Source: Torpedo marmorata (lineage: Eukaryota). From it: a stretch of DNA of 64,000 nucleotides. Positions 47,224-59,277 of this stretch are shown here, one piece after another. The translations under genes and the position numbers were made by a program. How positions within the stretch are numbered: position 1 is the stretch's first letter; the number at the start of each line of letters is the position of its first letter. The notes beneath the pieces are model-generated. The model was given only the letters and a program-made list of their open reading frames with translations, made no database searches and was not told where the DNA came from. Where the stretch lies: assembly GCA_977017645.1 (NCBI GenBank), contig OZ360245.1:20088001-20152000 (forward strand), read 5' to 3'.

Positions 47224-47799
47224 TATTATGGTGACTTCGATCCAACAATAGTCACCTGGAGGCTAAGTGAGATACTTGTCTTTGACGCGTTTTAATTAAT
47301 TTACTAACAAAGTCCAATATGTTGAAAATCTTTATTTACACACGTGACTTGCAGTAATCTTCAATGACTTCAATATAAACAGTTCTTGAAAACGATGTAT
47401 GATGAGTTTCTTTAAATGATTCTTTAAACAATTCCAAAACGATGTATAAGAAGTTATAAAACGATATAAAACGCTGTAAAACGCTGTAAAACGGTCAATA
47501 AAGATATGGAGATCTCACTCACCCTCCTACATTCATTCCTTTCCTTTTCTCTCCGATTCGCGCATGCTCCGTCGCTCCTATAATACTGCGCACCCTCCAT
47601 AGCGCATACTACATTTCCCAAACTACCCCGCGCACAATGACGTCACTCCACACTGCGCATGCGCCCGTTGGCACTCCAGCGCATGCGCAGAGCATAGAAC
47701 GGGCCGAGGACGGCCCAACGGACAACGCGAGCGCTCCACAAGCCGACGAGACATCGGAGCGCCGCAGCAAGGTAAGTTAATGAGCCTACGGCTCTTACA
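47224..47799 (-). repeat. BEL 5' LTR (576 bp)
   Basis: Sense strand starts TGTAAG and ends ATAATA; CpG-rich first half with TGACGTCA and GCGCATGCGC motifs, AT-rich second half with AATAAA. Confidence 0.95.
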
Positions 47800-47998
47800 C
47801 CACTGAATTCTGCAAGATCACTTGGCACAGTGCCTAAGTAACAACCTGAGCTGAAATTTGGTACCAGGTCCTTAATAGATTCTATGATTTTCTCTCGAAT
47901 GTAAATCACATTTACTTCATGGCCTATAATTGCCCATTTTCTCTTTTTCAAAAGTCACGTGGTTGCTAGTATTTGTTCCAATTCAGTCTCTGGTCAAC

Positions 47999-49344
47999 GT
48001 AAAAACACAATGCTGGAGAAACTCAGCAGGTCAAACAGTGTACTTTATAAAGATTCATAACCAACGTTTCAGGTTTGAGCCCTTCATCAAGATATGACAA
48101 AATGTAGGTGGGCGCCTGAACAAAATGGTGGGGTGGGGGCAGGAGGAGGAGCACAGTCCCAAAGGCAGGAGGTAATAGGTGGATAAGGAAGGGAGGGCAT
48201 ACCAGCAAGCAGGGCGAGGGGGGATGGCCCTGTGAATGGAGAGGGAAGGGGGTGGAGAGCTGGAGTAAAGAAGACAAAGGGAATGGGAAGGGAGGGAGAA
48301 TGGAGAGTAGGCTAGCAGAAACTGGAGAAGTTGATGTTAATGCCATCCGGTTGGCCCAGACAGAAAATTAAGTGTGCTCCTCCAAGTTATGGGTGGTCTT
48401 GTTTGGACAGTACACGAGGCCATGGACAGATATGTCAGCATGGGAGTGGGGCACAGAATTGAAATGGTTGGCCACTGGGAGATCCCTGTCACTGATGCGG
48501 ACAGAGCGAAGGTGCTCAGCGAAGCGATCTCCCAGTCTGCGTCCAGTCTCGCTGATGACGAGAAGGCCACAACGGGAGCACCGGATGCAGTAGATAACTC
48601 CCGCAGATACACAAGTAAAGTGTTGCTTCACTTGAAAGGACCATTTGGGGCCCCGAATGGTGGTGAGGGAGGAGGTGTGGGCACAAGTGAGGCACTTCCT
48701 ATGGCCACTGGGGAAGGTGCCAATGGGGCGAGTAATGAGAAGGGATGAGTGGACGAAGGAGTCACGGAGGGAGCGGTCCCTATGGAAGGCAGAGAGGGGA
48801 AGATGTGTCTGATGGGGGGGGATCATGTTGTAAGTGGCGGAAATTGCGGAGGATAATGTGTTGGATGCAGAGGCTGGCTCGGTGGTAGGTGAGGACAAGG
48901 GGAATCCTGCGTTTGTTACATCTGGGGGCAGAGGGGGCCAGGGCAGACGTGCGGGAAATGGAGGAGATGCGGGTGAGGGCTGAGTTGATGGTGGTAGAGG
49001 GGAAGCCATGTATGTGGAAGAAGGAGGGCATATCAGATGATCTGGACTGGAAGACCTCATCTTCGGAACAGATGCGGCGGAGATGGAGAAATTGCGAGAA
49101 GGGAATGGAATCCTTGCAGGGGACTGGGTGTGAAGAAGTGTAGTCAAGGTAGTTGTGGGCGTTTGTGGGTTTGTAAAATATGTCTGTGGAAAGCTTGTCT
49201 CCCGAGATGGAGACAGAGAGATCAAGAAAGGGGAGAGTGTCGCCGGAGATGGACCAAGTGAATTTGAAGTCGGGGTGGAAGTTGGCAGCAAAGTGAATGA
49301 AGTTGACGAGCTCATCATGGGCGCATGAGTGTTTTATTTTACAC
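47999..49344 (-). mobile_element. Penelope-like element, 5'-truncated: RT C-terminus, GIY-YIG endonuclease, pLTR
   Basis: 15-bp TSD CAGTCTCTGGTCAAC (47984-47998 and 49345-49359); LPFLDLSV, YLDYTSSHP, VIYCIRCSRCGLLVISETGRRLGDRFAEH. Confidence 0.92.
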
Positions 49345-50098
49345 CAGTCTCTGGTCAACAGTGACATTTCACACCCCTGATTTTGAGGGAGTTTGTTGAT
49401 GGTAATATGTCTGCATATTGTGGAAAGTTAGTTAATCATTTATGTTCTTATGTGCTGTATGATATAAAACTTGTAGGAAGTGCCTCATATTGATATTTGA
49501 TGTTCTTTTGATTAAAATATCAGTGTGATGTAAGTTGCTAATGAAAATTGTCGATTTCAAGCATAACTTGCAAAGTATCTGACTCTTTTGGAAGTTGTTC
49601 CTTCTTGTTTTTTAAGGTAGCAATACAAGTTGAAAGTAGTTGATAATTTCTTGGTTAGCGCCCAATTGGCCATAGTTGGGCCCGCAAAGAATAAATGTGT
49701 TACTTGATTATTTTGAACTTCAATTCTTAACTGTTTGTATTTCTTTGCTGAATAAACTTAACATTTTTGCTTAAATAAATGTAAAGTGAGATGAAAGATT
49801 TTGAAAACCAGAAAAATGGTGTGCTTTTGCATTTTGGTACATTGAACAATTTTTGCCAATGGTTGAATATTTCATTTCAAATTCTTAAAATACACGTTCC
49901 ATGCAAAACACCTTTAAAATTAATGAAGGATGTTTTGCCTCGAGATTGATGTTAACAAAGTTATTTTGGTTATTTATATATTGAGGTAAATTAATGAAAT
50001 TATTTAATTGCAGTGCAAATCAATTATTGCATGGTCACGTTTTGCTTTGTATTGTTCTGCTGGTTAATTAAATTGCCCTTTTCTTTCCAATTTTGTAG

Positions 50099-50186
50099 CT
50101 CGGATACAACACCGCTTCTTAATGGATCGAGCCAAGATAGAATGTTTGAAACAATGGCTGTGGAAATTGAACAACTGTTAGCCAAG
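50099..50186 (+). CDS. GOSR1: GOSR1 exon 3: (S)SDTTPLLNGSSQDRMFETMAVEIEQLLAK
   Basis: TAG acceptor, GTAAG donor, 88 nt; resembles human SDTTPLLNGSSQDRMFETMAIEIEQLLAR. Confidence 0.97.
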
Positions 50187-50349
50187 GTAAGATTGAAATC
50201 TTATAGTCATTTATTGCTATAATAGTGCTTGCCATGATAATGTTTCCCATTCTGCCATGGTCAATTACCTGAGCTCTGAACAGTGCCTAAATTTTGCAAC
50301 CTTGGTTTGCCTCTCCCTGTTTTCAGAAACCTCTGTTTTTCTTTGAATT

Positions 50350-50885
50350 CAAAGTTCAAATTTACTGTCAGAGTACATACATGACATCACATACAACCCT
50401 GAGATTCTTTCCTGCGGGCCAGGCAGAATTTCTAATTACCGGTAACTAAACTGTACTCAAAGAAAGAACTGTAGACAAATTGTGCAAATACGTAAGTATA
50501 AATATTCAGTAATAAATAATGAGCAAAGTACAAGTCCTTAAATAAGTCTCTGAATGAGTCTGTTGTTCAGGAGTGTGATGGTTGAGGGGTAGAAACTATT
50601 CCTGAACCTGGAGGTACTAGTCTTGTGGTACCTGTACCTCCTTCCTGATGGCAGCAATGAGTACAGAGCATGTTCTAGGTGGTATGGATCCTTGATAATT
50701 GCTGCTGCACTCCGATGGCAATGTTCCATGTAGATATTCTCCATAGTGCGGCAAGTTTTGCCTGTGATGTACTGGGCTGAGTCCACTACCTTTTGCAGGA
50801 TTTTTCAATCAGGGGTATCGGTGACCCACACGAGGCTGTGATTCAGCCGGTCAGCACACTTTCTGAAACACATCTGTAGAAATCT
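50350..50885 (-). mobile_element. Rex1/Babar-type LINE 3' fragment
   Basis: ORF IIKDPYHLEHALYSLLPSGRRYR; tail like 12050-12130. Confidence 0.85.
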
Positions 50886-52059
50886 GCTCGAAACCTCTAA
50901 ATTAGAATTCATTCAAGAAACGGGTCATGTTAATGTTCAGGACAACAGTATGCAAATTAACATCACATGTGAAAATAGCATGGAAATGAGGTGCAATCGC
51001 CAATGTAGGTCCAGATCCAGTTTCTGCACCTTCAAAGTCATACTTCACTCAAATTTTATTTTCGAACATCTTTGGAACCTTGAACCGATACCTTTTTAAC
51101 TTCATTCTCATTCTCGTTTACTGTTTGGATTTTTCTCTGATGTTCTTCACAACGAATCTCACAAGCAGGTGCTACAGAAATGAAGATTTTTACACAACGT
51201 TCAAAATGCTTCATTTACCTGCTGCTCCACATGTCTGCAGGCTGCCTGCCAATGTGTAGCATCAACATACAGCATGTGACACTTGCTTTGTCAATTCTGT
51301 GGTCATGTTTCAGGTTCAAAAATGTATTGACAGTTTTGTTCCTGGAAATGCATGCTGTGTTATTACACACTTCTCATATGATTCTAGAGGTGATTGTGAG
51401 CAATTAAGATGATTGAAGCAGCTTAACTGCATTGTAGGTGGCACAGTTCTATTTCTTCAAAGCCTCAGTAATATTATAGCATTCTAGAGAGCCAAATGTA
51501 ATTGTTGTTTCTCTCCTTGTTAATCGTTATATAAACAAAAATCCCACAGATTTGTTGTCTGTATGTAAGGCCACCATCCCTGATCTAACTGAAGACGATC
51601 AGATAATTTTCCCATAAATCATGCTTAGAGATTGCACTGCACTAAATGACAGGAATTGATTTCATCAAAATGTAATTTGGCTCATATAATGATTCTGCAC
51701 TTGCTGCTGGAGAAATAAGTGCCAGGTGATAGGGTTGTGCATTATCAGCTATTGAATCTACTTGTGTAAACTGGTGACTATAACAATATTATTGTTATTC
51801 TCTTTAAAAAGAAAGGTATAAGCATTCCAGTAGAGTGATAATGATTTGAGTAACATACAGAATCAGACACGTTAAAAAAATTCCAAAAATGCTTTGCTGT
51901 GCAGATTGCATTATTTCTAGGGTTCAAAATTTAAAAAGGTTCCTTTTATTATCTCATAATAATTCATAAAAATGTAAGATAGATGATGTACTTCAACTTT
52001 TGTCTGCTCTAAGGCAAACAGTGTTTCCATGAGCATTGACTGGCGCCTGTTACAATAAT

Positions 52060-53915
52060 CAGAATTTATTGTCATGAACAAGTCACGAAATTCGGTGTTT
52101 TGCGGCAGCATCGTAGTGCAAACATTCATATTATAACCATCTTACAACAATAAATATTTTTTAAATAAATAAATAATAGTGCACGAAAAGTAAGGCAGTG
52201 TCTTTGGTTCAATGATTATTCAGGAATCTGATGGCAGCGGGGAAGAAGGTGTCCTTGTGCTGCTGAGTGCTCGTCTTTAGGCTCCTGTACCTTTTTCCCG
52301 ATGGCAGCAGAGTGAAGAGGGCATGGCCTAGGTGGTGGGGGTCTTTGAGGATAGAGGCTGCTTTTTTAAGACACCACCTCTTGTAGATGTCCTTGATGGA
52401 GTGAAGTCTGGTGCCTGTGATGTCGCAGGCCGAGTTAACAACCCTCTGGAGTTTTTTCTTGTCCTGAGATTTGGTGCCTCCATACCAGACAGTGATGCAA
52501 CCAGCCAGAATGCTCTCCACGGTACACCTGTAGAAGTTTTCGAGAGTCTTCGGTGACATGCCGAATCTCCTCAAACACCTCACAAAGTATAGCCGCTGGC
52601 GAGCCTTTTTCGTGATTGCATCAACATGGAGGCTCCAGGACAGACCCTCGGAGATGTTGACACCCAGGAATTTGAAGTTCTTGACCCTCTCCACTACTGA
52701 GCCCTCGATGAAGACTGGGTTGTGTTCCTCTGACTTCCTCCTGAAGTCCACAATCATCTCCTTGGTTTTGCTAACGTTGAGCGCAAGGTTGTTGGTGTGA
52801 CACCACTCAACGAGCTGATCTATCTCCCTCCTGTACGCTTCCTCATTGCAGTTTGTGATTCTGCCGACAACTGTGGTGTCATCGGCAAATTTGTAGATAA
52901 CATTGGAATAGTACCTGGCCACACAGTCATGGGTGTATAACGAGTAGAGCAGTGGGCTAAGCACGCATCCTTGGGGTGCGCATGTGTTGATAATCAGTGA
53001 GGAGGAGACGTTGTTTCCGATTCGTACTGACTGTGGTCTTCCGATGAGAAAGTCAAGGATCCAGTTGCAGAGTGGGGTACAGAGGCCTAGAGTTTGTAGC
53101 TTCTTGACCAGCACTGAGGGAATAATGGTATTGAAGGCTGAGCTGTAGTCGATGAAGAGCAGCCGTATGTATAAATTGCTGTTTTCGAGGTGATAAGAGA
53201 CAATAAGAGAAAGAGAAGCAAAGGAGGGTCCCTTCAGAGACACTGAGTGTCCATGGATTCACCACCAGTGCCCTCGCAACCTCTGCAGCCGCAGACTACT
53301 GTCCAAACCATTGGCAGCCTGAGCTCCAGGCCTAAATTTCCGATACAATCAGGAAGCCTTCAGCACCCGGGGCCCTTTGGGAGCCCTTCTTGCCCTCAGC
53401 ACCCTCTCGAATCTCGGTTCCAATACTCCGTTCCCATGAGCCAGTCACCAGCAGCCCGCAGCTTGTGTGGGTCCTTCAATCGCTTCGCCAACCGCCCACA
53501 GACTGAGTGAGTCCTTCAGCTGCTGAGCCCCTCGCTGGTCCACTACCATGGTCACCTTCCCTATAGGGTCATCTCCCATGCTTCTTATTCTCAATTGAGG
53601 GGTGTTCTCCCCATTTTCTGGTGCCCTGCGCTGGTCCGCCAATCCCCCGGAGTCTGCAACACATCGTTGTACACTGCCCAGCACAGGTAACGCCATCTTG
53701 GGCACAGACCTCCGTGGTTGCAGGATTTAAAAAAAAACAAAAAAACATTGGCTCATTTAACAGGCCGTTTAAAACTTTTCTTTAACGGTCAACATCAGCA
53801 CCGGGCAGTAGGACCCTGCGGAGCAGCGTTGTGTCTCCTTCCCTGCTCTCCTGTGACCGCAGCAGTGCAGCGCTGCCGTTACAGCAGGTCCGGCAGCGCT
53901 GCACCCCCACTATTC
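52060..53915 (-). mobile_element. Rex1/Babar-type LINE: RT half (52209-53195) joined to a GC-rich 5' leader (53250-53915)
   Basis: ORF 52209-53243: [47 protein letters not shown]; no endonuclease seen. Confidence 0.88.
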
Positions 53916-54709
53916 CCTCTTTATTCCTCTATATACAATAGTCCTTAATTACACATTGCAGCTTCATCTGAGTTCCCTTCAGTATTGTTGTTGGCACTGA
54001 GGATATATTTTATCATTATATTTCATGTATGAAAATAAAACATTTGTTTAAAATAAATAATTAAAATAAAACTTGCATTTATGCAGAATCATAGTACCTC
54101 ACCAAAATCCACAAATAATGAAATCTTGGACACACATAACTATTTTGTTAATGGAGTTTCCTGCATACAATAAATGAATCAGTGAGCATGTGATATATTT
54201 TTATTACTTGAAAGAAAAAAAATCCTGCTCTGTATACTGTCATAGGCAGATGAACATAATTTCTCCATCTCTTCATTGCCCTTTTGAAAATGCAGTTTTC
54301 AATGTTTTGAGATTTCAGCCAAGTTTTATGTACTGGAGTTGGACGAACTCTCACACAGATAAAACTGTCAAACTGACACTTTAGTATAGTGCTCATTTGA
54401 AGGTCCAATTGGTTGTGCTTTCAAAATTGCCACATTGACAATTCAAATTTGCATTTAATTTTGGATAGTGGAATAGCAGAATAGCCTATCAATATAATTA
54501 GCATTAACAGGGAAGTTGGATGAATAATACTTGTCTATATTCTTAGCAGCAGGAGTAGTGCGCTATATTAAATACTTTAAAAAGTGGAAGACAAAATTAA
54601 AAATGGAGAAATATGTATTGATAAGGAATTCTGTACCCTTGTGCTGATATTTTGAGCGTTGCCTTTTTTCTGTGCACATTTCAACATGTTATTTATATTT
54701 TGATTCTAG

Positions 54710-54817
54710 CTCACAGGAGTAAATGACAAAATGGCAGAATACACTTCAACACCTGGTGTTACATCATTGAATGCAGCACTCATGCACACACTACAACGGC
54801 ACAGAGATATCTTACAG
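54710..54817 (+). CDS. GOSR1: GOSR1 exon 4: LTGVNDKMAEYTSTPGVTSLNAALMHTLQRHRDILQ; no later exon found in the window
   Basis: TAG acceptor, GTAAG donor, 108 nt; resembles human LTGVNDKMAEY...SLNAALMHTLQRHRDILQ. Confidence 0.97.
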
Positions 54818-54927
54818 GTAAGAGTCTTCAATAAATAAGCTTCAATCTGGTAATGTTATTGTACAGGTATTTCATTACCAGATTTTTATGATTATTACAT
54901 TTGTTTCTCTCCGTCCCATAATACAAT

Positions 54928-57213
54928 TTCTTTTTTCTTTTTTTTGGGAATATTTTTCACACAGTGATACATACGTAAATAATATACATTATTAATTTCG
55001 GTAAAATCATAATTATATTTGTATTACATAGTGTATCTATCCCTTCCCTTAAACCCCCCAACCCTTATAACATTTCAAACTAAAATTATTACTTAATATT
55101 TAATATTTCTTTCCCTTTCCCTCCCCTTAAATTCCCTCCCCTTCCTAAAAACTAAAAAAAAGAAGGAAAAAAGAAAGTAATATAATATTACTTATTAGAA
55201 ACATCTGTACGGATCGCCCGGGTGTCCACAGCTCGACGCAAGGTTTTCAACGGTATTTTTATTATTTAAATTTGAGAGAGTCAGCAGGGTCTAGGATGTG
55301 GAGTAACACATTTACATATTCATACCTAATGATTGGATATATGGACGCCAAATTTGCAAAAAGTCCCCATATTTATTTCTCATATTATATGTTATTTTTT
55401 CCAATGGAATACAACTCTGCATCTCTATATTCCATCTATCCATACCTAAATTTGTATCTGATTTCCAAGTTACTGCTATACACATCCTTGCTACTGCTAA
55501 AGCGATTTTTACAAATTTCAATTGATATGTTGATAACTTCAACTTTGGTCTAGTTCCTTCCACATTCCCTAATAAAAATAAATCAGGGTTTTGTGGAAAT
55601 GTAACACCCGTAATTTGTTTTAACAAATTCCCTAACTCTATCCAAAAGAATTTTACCTTGGAGCATAACCATGTTGAATGTAAAAAAAGTTCCCTCTTCT
55701 TCACCACATCTAAAACACTTGTTTGATAATGTAGATTTTATCTTATTCAATTTTTGTGGTGTAAGATATAGTTGATGTAAAAGTTATACTGTATTAATCT
55801 ATATCTTACATTAATAATGTTGGTCATACTATCTTGACATAAATCCGACCATTTTTTTCATCAATTATTACATTAAGATCGTGTTCCCATCTCTGTCTAG
55901 ATTTGTGAAGCCCTTGTTTTAAGGCTCCCCTTTGTAACAAGGAATATATTATAGAAGTAAATTTTTTAGTATTTCCTTTCCTAAAAAGAGTTTCCACTTC
56001 ACTATAATTTTGTAACAGCATATCCGAACCTAATTTTTCCCTTAAATATCCTCTTAATTGAAAATAACAAAAAAGAGTATTATTCGGTATTCCATATCTT
56101 TTTCTTAGCTGTACAAACGACATCAATTGATCCCCTTCATAACAATCTTCTATCTTCTTAATTCCTTTCTGTGACCATATATTTAAAAATTGATTATCTT
56201 TTGTAAAAGGTATGAGATTGTTCTGTTTCAATGGCGTTTTAGGTGATATAGTTCCTTTTGTCCCTATCTCATCATTAATCTTGTTCCAAGCAATAATCAA
56301 GTGTTTTAATAATGGTCTTTCTTTAACTCCTACCAGTAATTTTGAGTTCCATTTACATATAAATTCTTCTGTTACTTTCTCTCCTATTTCTCCTAACTCT
56401 ATTCTAACCCATGCAGGTTTTTCTTCACTTTCAAAAAAAGAATAAATCTCATTTGTGCCGCTCGATAATAATTTTTAAAGTTAGGGAGTTGTAAACCTCC
56501 CAACTCATATTTCCATGTTAAACGTTCCATAGAGACTCTTGACATTTTACCTCTCCAAAGAAATTTTCTCACTTGTTTATTTAAGTCTTGAAAAAAAACC
56601 CTGTGGTAATAAAATAGGTATGGTTTGATACAGATTGTATTCTTGGAAATATATTCATTTTCATACAATTAACTCTTCCTATCAATGTTATAGGTAAATT
56701 AATTCATTTTTACAAATCTTCTTTAACCTTTTTAAGTAATGGTAAATAATTCCATTTATATAAATTTTTTAAATTATTATCTGTTCGAATTCCTAAATAT
56801 TTTATCCCGTTATGCAGCCATTTAAACTGAGTATTTATTTTACATATAGTATAATCTCCTTCTGTAAGAGGCATAATTTCACTTTTATCCCAATTTATCT
56901 TATAACCTGAAACTTTTCCATATTCTTCCAATTTAAAATGTAATCTTTGCAACGAGGTCTCAGGCTCTGTCAAATATATTAAAACATCATCCGCAAATAA
57001 ACTAATTTTATGTTGTTCTTGGCCAACTCTAAATCCCTTAATTTCCGAATCGCTTCTAATTGCCCCTGCAAGTGGTTCTATAGCTAGTATAAATAAAGCT
57101 GGTGACAATGGACACCCTTGTCTACTAGACCTTGTCAAACAGAACGGAGTTGATGTTTGTCCATTAGTCACTACTTTAGCTTTTGGAGCATTATATAATG
57201 CTTTAATCCATAC
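54928..57213 (-). mobile_element. L1-clade LINE, 5'-truncated (part of RT to 3' end)
   Basis: RQGCPLSPALFILAIEPL, ISLFADDVL, GYKINWDKS, GGLQLPNF; T-rich tail near 54930. Confidence 0.92.
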
Positions 57214-57214
57214 A

Positions 57215-57870
57215 ATTTCTTTGAGGTAGGTAGAAGAATATATTTCCCCCCCACCCCTCTCACCTCTACCACGCACCACCTTACCCAAGTAATTGTTTCT
57301 CATGGAACTTGTTTAAGATGAGAAGATTGATGACTGACGATCAGTAACTTGAAGGAGAGATTAAAACCACCATTTAACACAAACGTAATCATTGACCCAA
57401 CATCTTCTTTAAACATTCTGCCTCTCACCTTAAGGAGTGAAACACAAATGTCTACAGTCACTGTGATTGTAGTAAAAACACAAAAATGCTTGAAGAACTC
57501 AGCAGGACTCACAGCGTCCGTAGGAAGCAAAGATCAACGTTTTAGGCAGAAGGGCTCCGGCCTGCTGAGTTCCTCCAGCATTTTTGTGCCTCTCACCTTA
57601 AACCTATTTGACATTTCCATACAGGAAAAACGACTATCTGTACCTCATAATTTTATATACTTCTGTCAAGTTACTCCTCAGCCTGCGTCATTCCAGTGAA
57701 AACAATCGAAGTTTGTCCAACCTCTCCTCATCGCTAATATACTCCAGTGCAGGCAACATCCTGGTCAACCTCTTCTGCACTCTCTCCAAAGCCTCCACAT
57801 ACTCCCTAAAATATGGCAACCAGAACTGCACACAATGCTCTAAATGCAGCCTAATTAAAGTTTTATAAAG
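57215..57870 (-). mobile_element. CR1 LINE fragment containing a Penelope insertion
   Basis: Reverse complement reads LYKTLIRLHLEHCVQFW; sequence continuous across the 57434-57586 insert. Confidence 0.75.
57434..57586. mobile_element. Palindromic Penelope pLTR insertion
   Basis: 15-bp TSD TGCCTCTCACCTTAA (57419-57433 and 57587-57601); inverted arms CACAAAAATGCT...GAACTCAGCAGG and CCTGCTGAGTTC...AGCATTTTTGTG. Confidence 0.8.
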
Positions 57871-58624
57871 CTGATAATTCTTGCTCTGTATAAAAGTTCA
57901 TTTAATAGACCTAGGCTTCATCTTAGTTTCTTTTTTGAATTTTTTAAATTAATTGCAACATTTTGAATGAAATTGCATGCACAACAAGTTAATATTGGTA
58001 GATTAGCAACTGAAATATTGTCTCCAGAAAATAAAAGTTTGTGATTGAAGAAGCCATCAATTTCCATTCAATATTGGCCAATTGACAAAGCTGAAAGTGG
58101 AGTTATAATGTTGAACGATCAGATCATCACCATATATAAATGAAGATAAATTGCAGCCTGAGTTGTTAACTGAAGATATTTATCACTCCATTGTGGGTTG
58201 AATGTACATTTGTCAAACTAAGCGATAAGTAAAGGGTGATTGAAAGCTGCTGAATACCAGCTTCCTTGGAAATTAACTTCTTGCATTTTAATTAGACACT
58301 GTTGTGAGAATACAGTGATTATCCAATAGATAAAGTTGAAAATAATGTGCCTTATTCTTTTCTAAAAGTGTGGGTTATTTGTAATATGAATTCAATTTAA
58401 TAGAAAGACAGCTAAACATAAAATATCACAGATTTGATCCTCTAAGGAAGAGTTAAATTTAATGAAAGTATCTGCAATTCTATTAACATTTGTAGAAAGG
58501 AGGTTTTTTTGACTTGCTGAAGGCTTCGAGTCAGAAGGACTCTCATGTTTTCAAGGGTAATCGTAGAGGCATGGAAAAATACAGCACAGACACAGGGTTT
58601 TCAGCTCCAAGAAACTGAAGTTTA

Positions 58625-59277
58625 GACCCACAAACGGAGTGGAGGTTCTCGGTGATGCGGTCTGTCACACTAGTGCAGGGGTCCCTAAACCTTTTAGACC
58701 ATCGACCCCTTCATGGAATCCTTGATCCCTCACCGACTCCCGACCCCAAGGCATGGAATCCTTGGGGTGTTTGGCGGTGCGGGGGGGTGGGGGTGGTGGC
58801 GGCGCTAGATGGGGGGTGGGGGGGCGGCGGCCGCGTTGGACACATACCTCCTTCTTCTCCGCTCCGTCAGTCCTTCGCTCTCTACTTATTAAAAGGCTGA
58901 AGCCAAATACAACATGGCAGCCACCAAGGTCAGCACACGCGAGAGGTTGGCCACCCCTGCCATAGGCGCTATTTTCCGTACACTCGCTCCTGCTTTCGAC
59001 TGCAAATGTTCAATCGATTTCCCCCCCCCCGTTTATCAACCCCCTTTCGACCCCCTGGCATTTATCGACCCCTTGAATTGTCCCATCGACCCCTGGGGGT
59101 TGATATCGACCACTTTGGAGACCCCTGCACTAGTGGGAGGCCACACTGAGTCCACTGAATGCAGTAGATTAACTAGGATGAAGTGCATGAAAACCTTTGC
59201 CTCACGTGGAAGGTCTGCTTGTGGACCTGGGTGGAGAGGAATGGGGGAGATGTAGGGACAGGTTTTGCACACAGCGA
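58625..59277 (-). mobile_element. Old Penelope endonuclease remnant, split by a hAT MITE and cut by the Gypsy LTR
   Basis: Reverse complement reads LIYCIQW, like VIYCIRC of the PLE at 47999-49344. Confidence 0.6.
58676..59127. mobile_element. hAT-Charlie-type MITE (452 bp)
   Basis: 8-bp TSD CACTAGTG (58668-58675 and 59128-59135); termini CAGGGGTCCCTAAA and TTTGGAGACCCCTG; repeated TCGACCCC subterminal motifs. Confidence 0.9.

Larger units (their letters stand above)
39808..47799 (-). mobile_element. Full-length BEL/Pao LTR retrotransposon in GOSR1 intron 2, antisense
   Basis: Two LTRs, 5-bp TSD CCACT (39803-39807 and 47800-47804); gag with three Cys/His knuckles, protease AFLDPGS, RT ([21 protein letters not shown]), Pao-type RNase H (HHFADA, IPRMEL, WTDS), integrase; PPT-like AGGGGCCGG before the 3' LTR. 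Confidence 0.96.

Noticed and set aside
54844-54884. 12-bp perfect hairpin just after the GOSR1 exon 4 donor
   Set aside because: An AT-rich 12-bp stem with a short loop has roughly a 10% or greater chance of occurring in 64 kb; no independent support.
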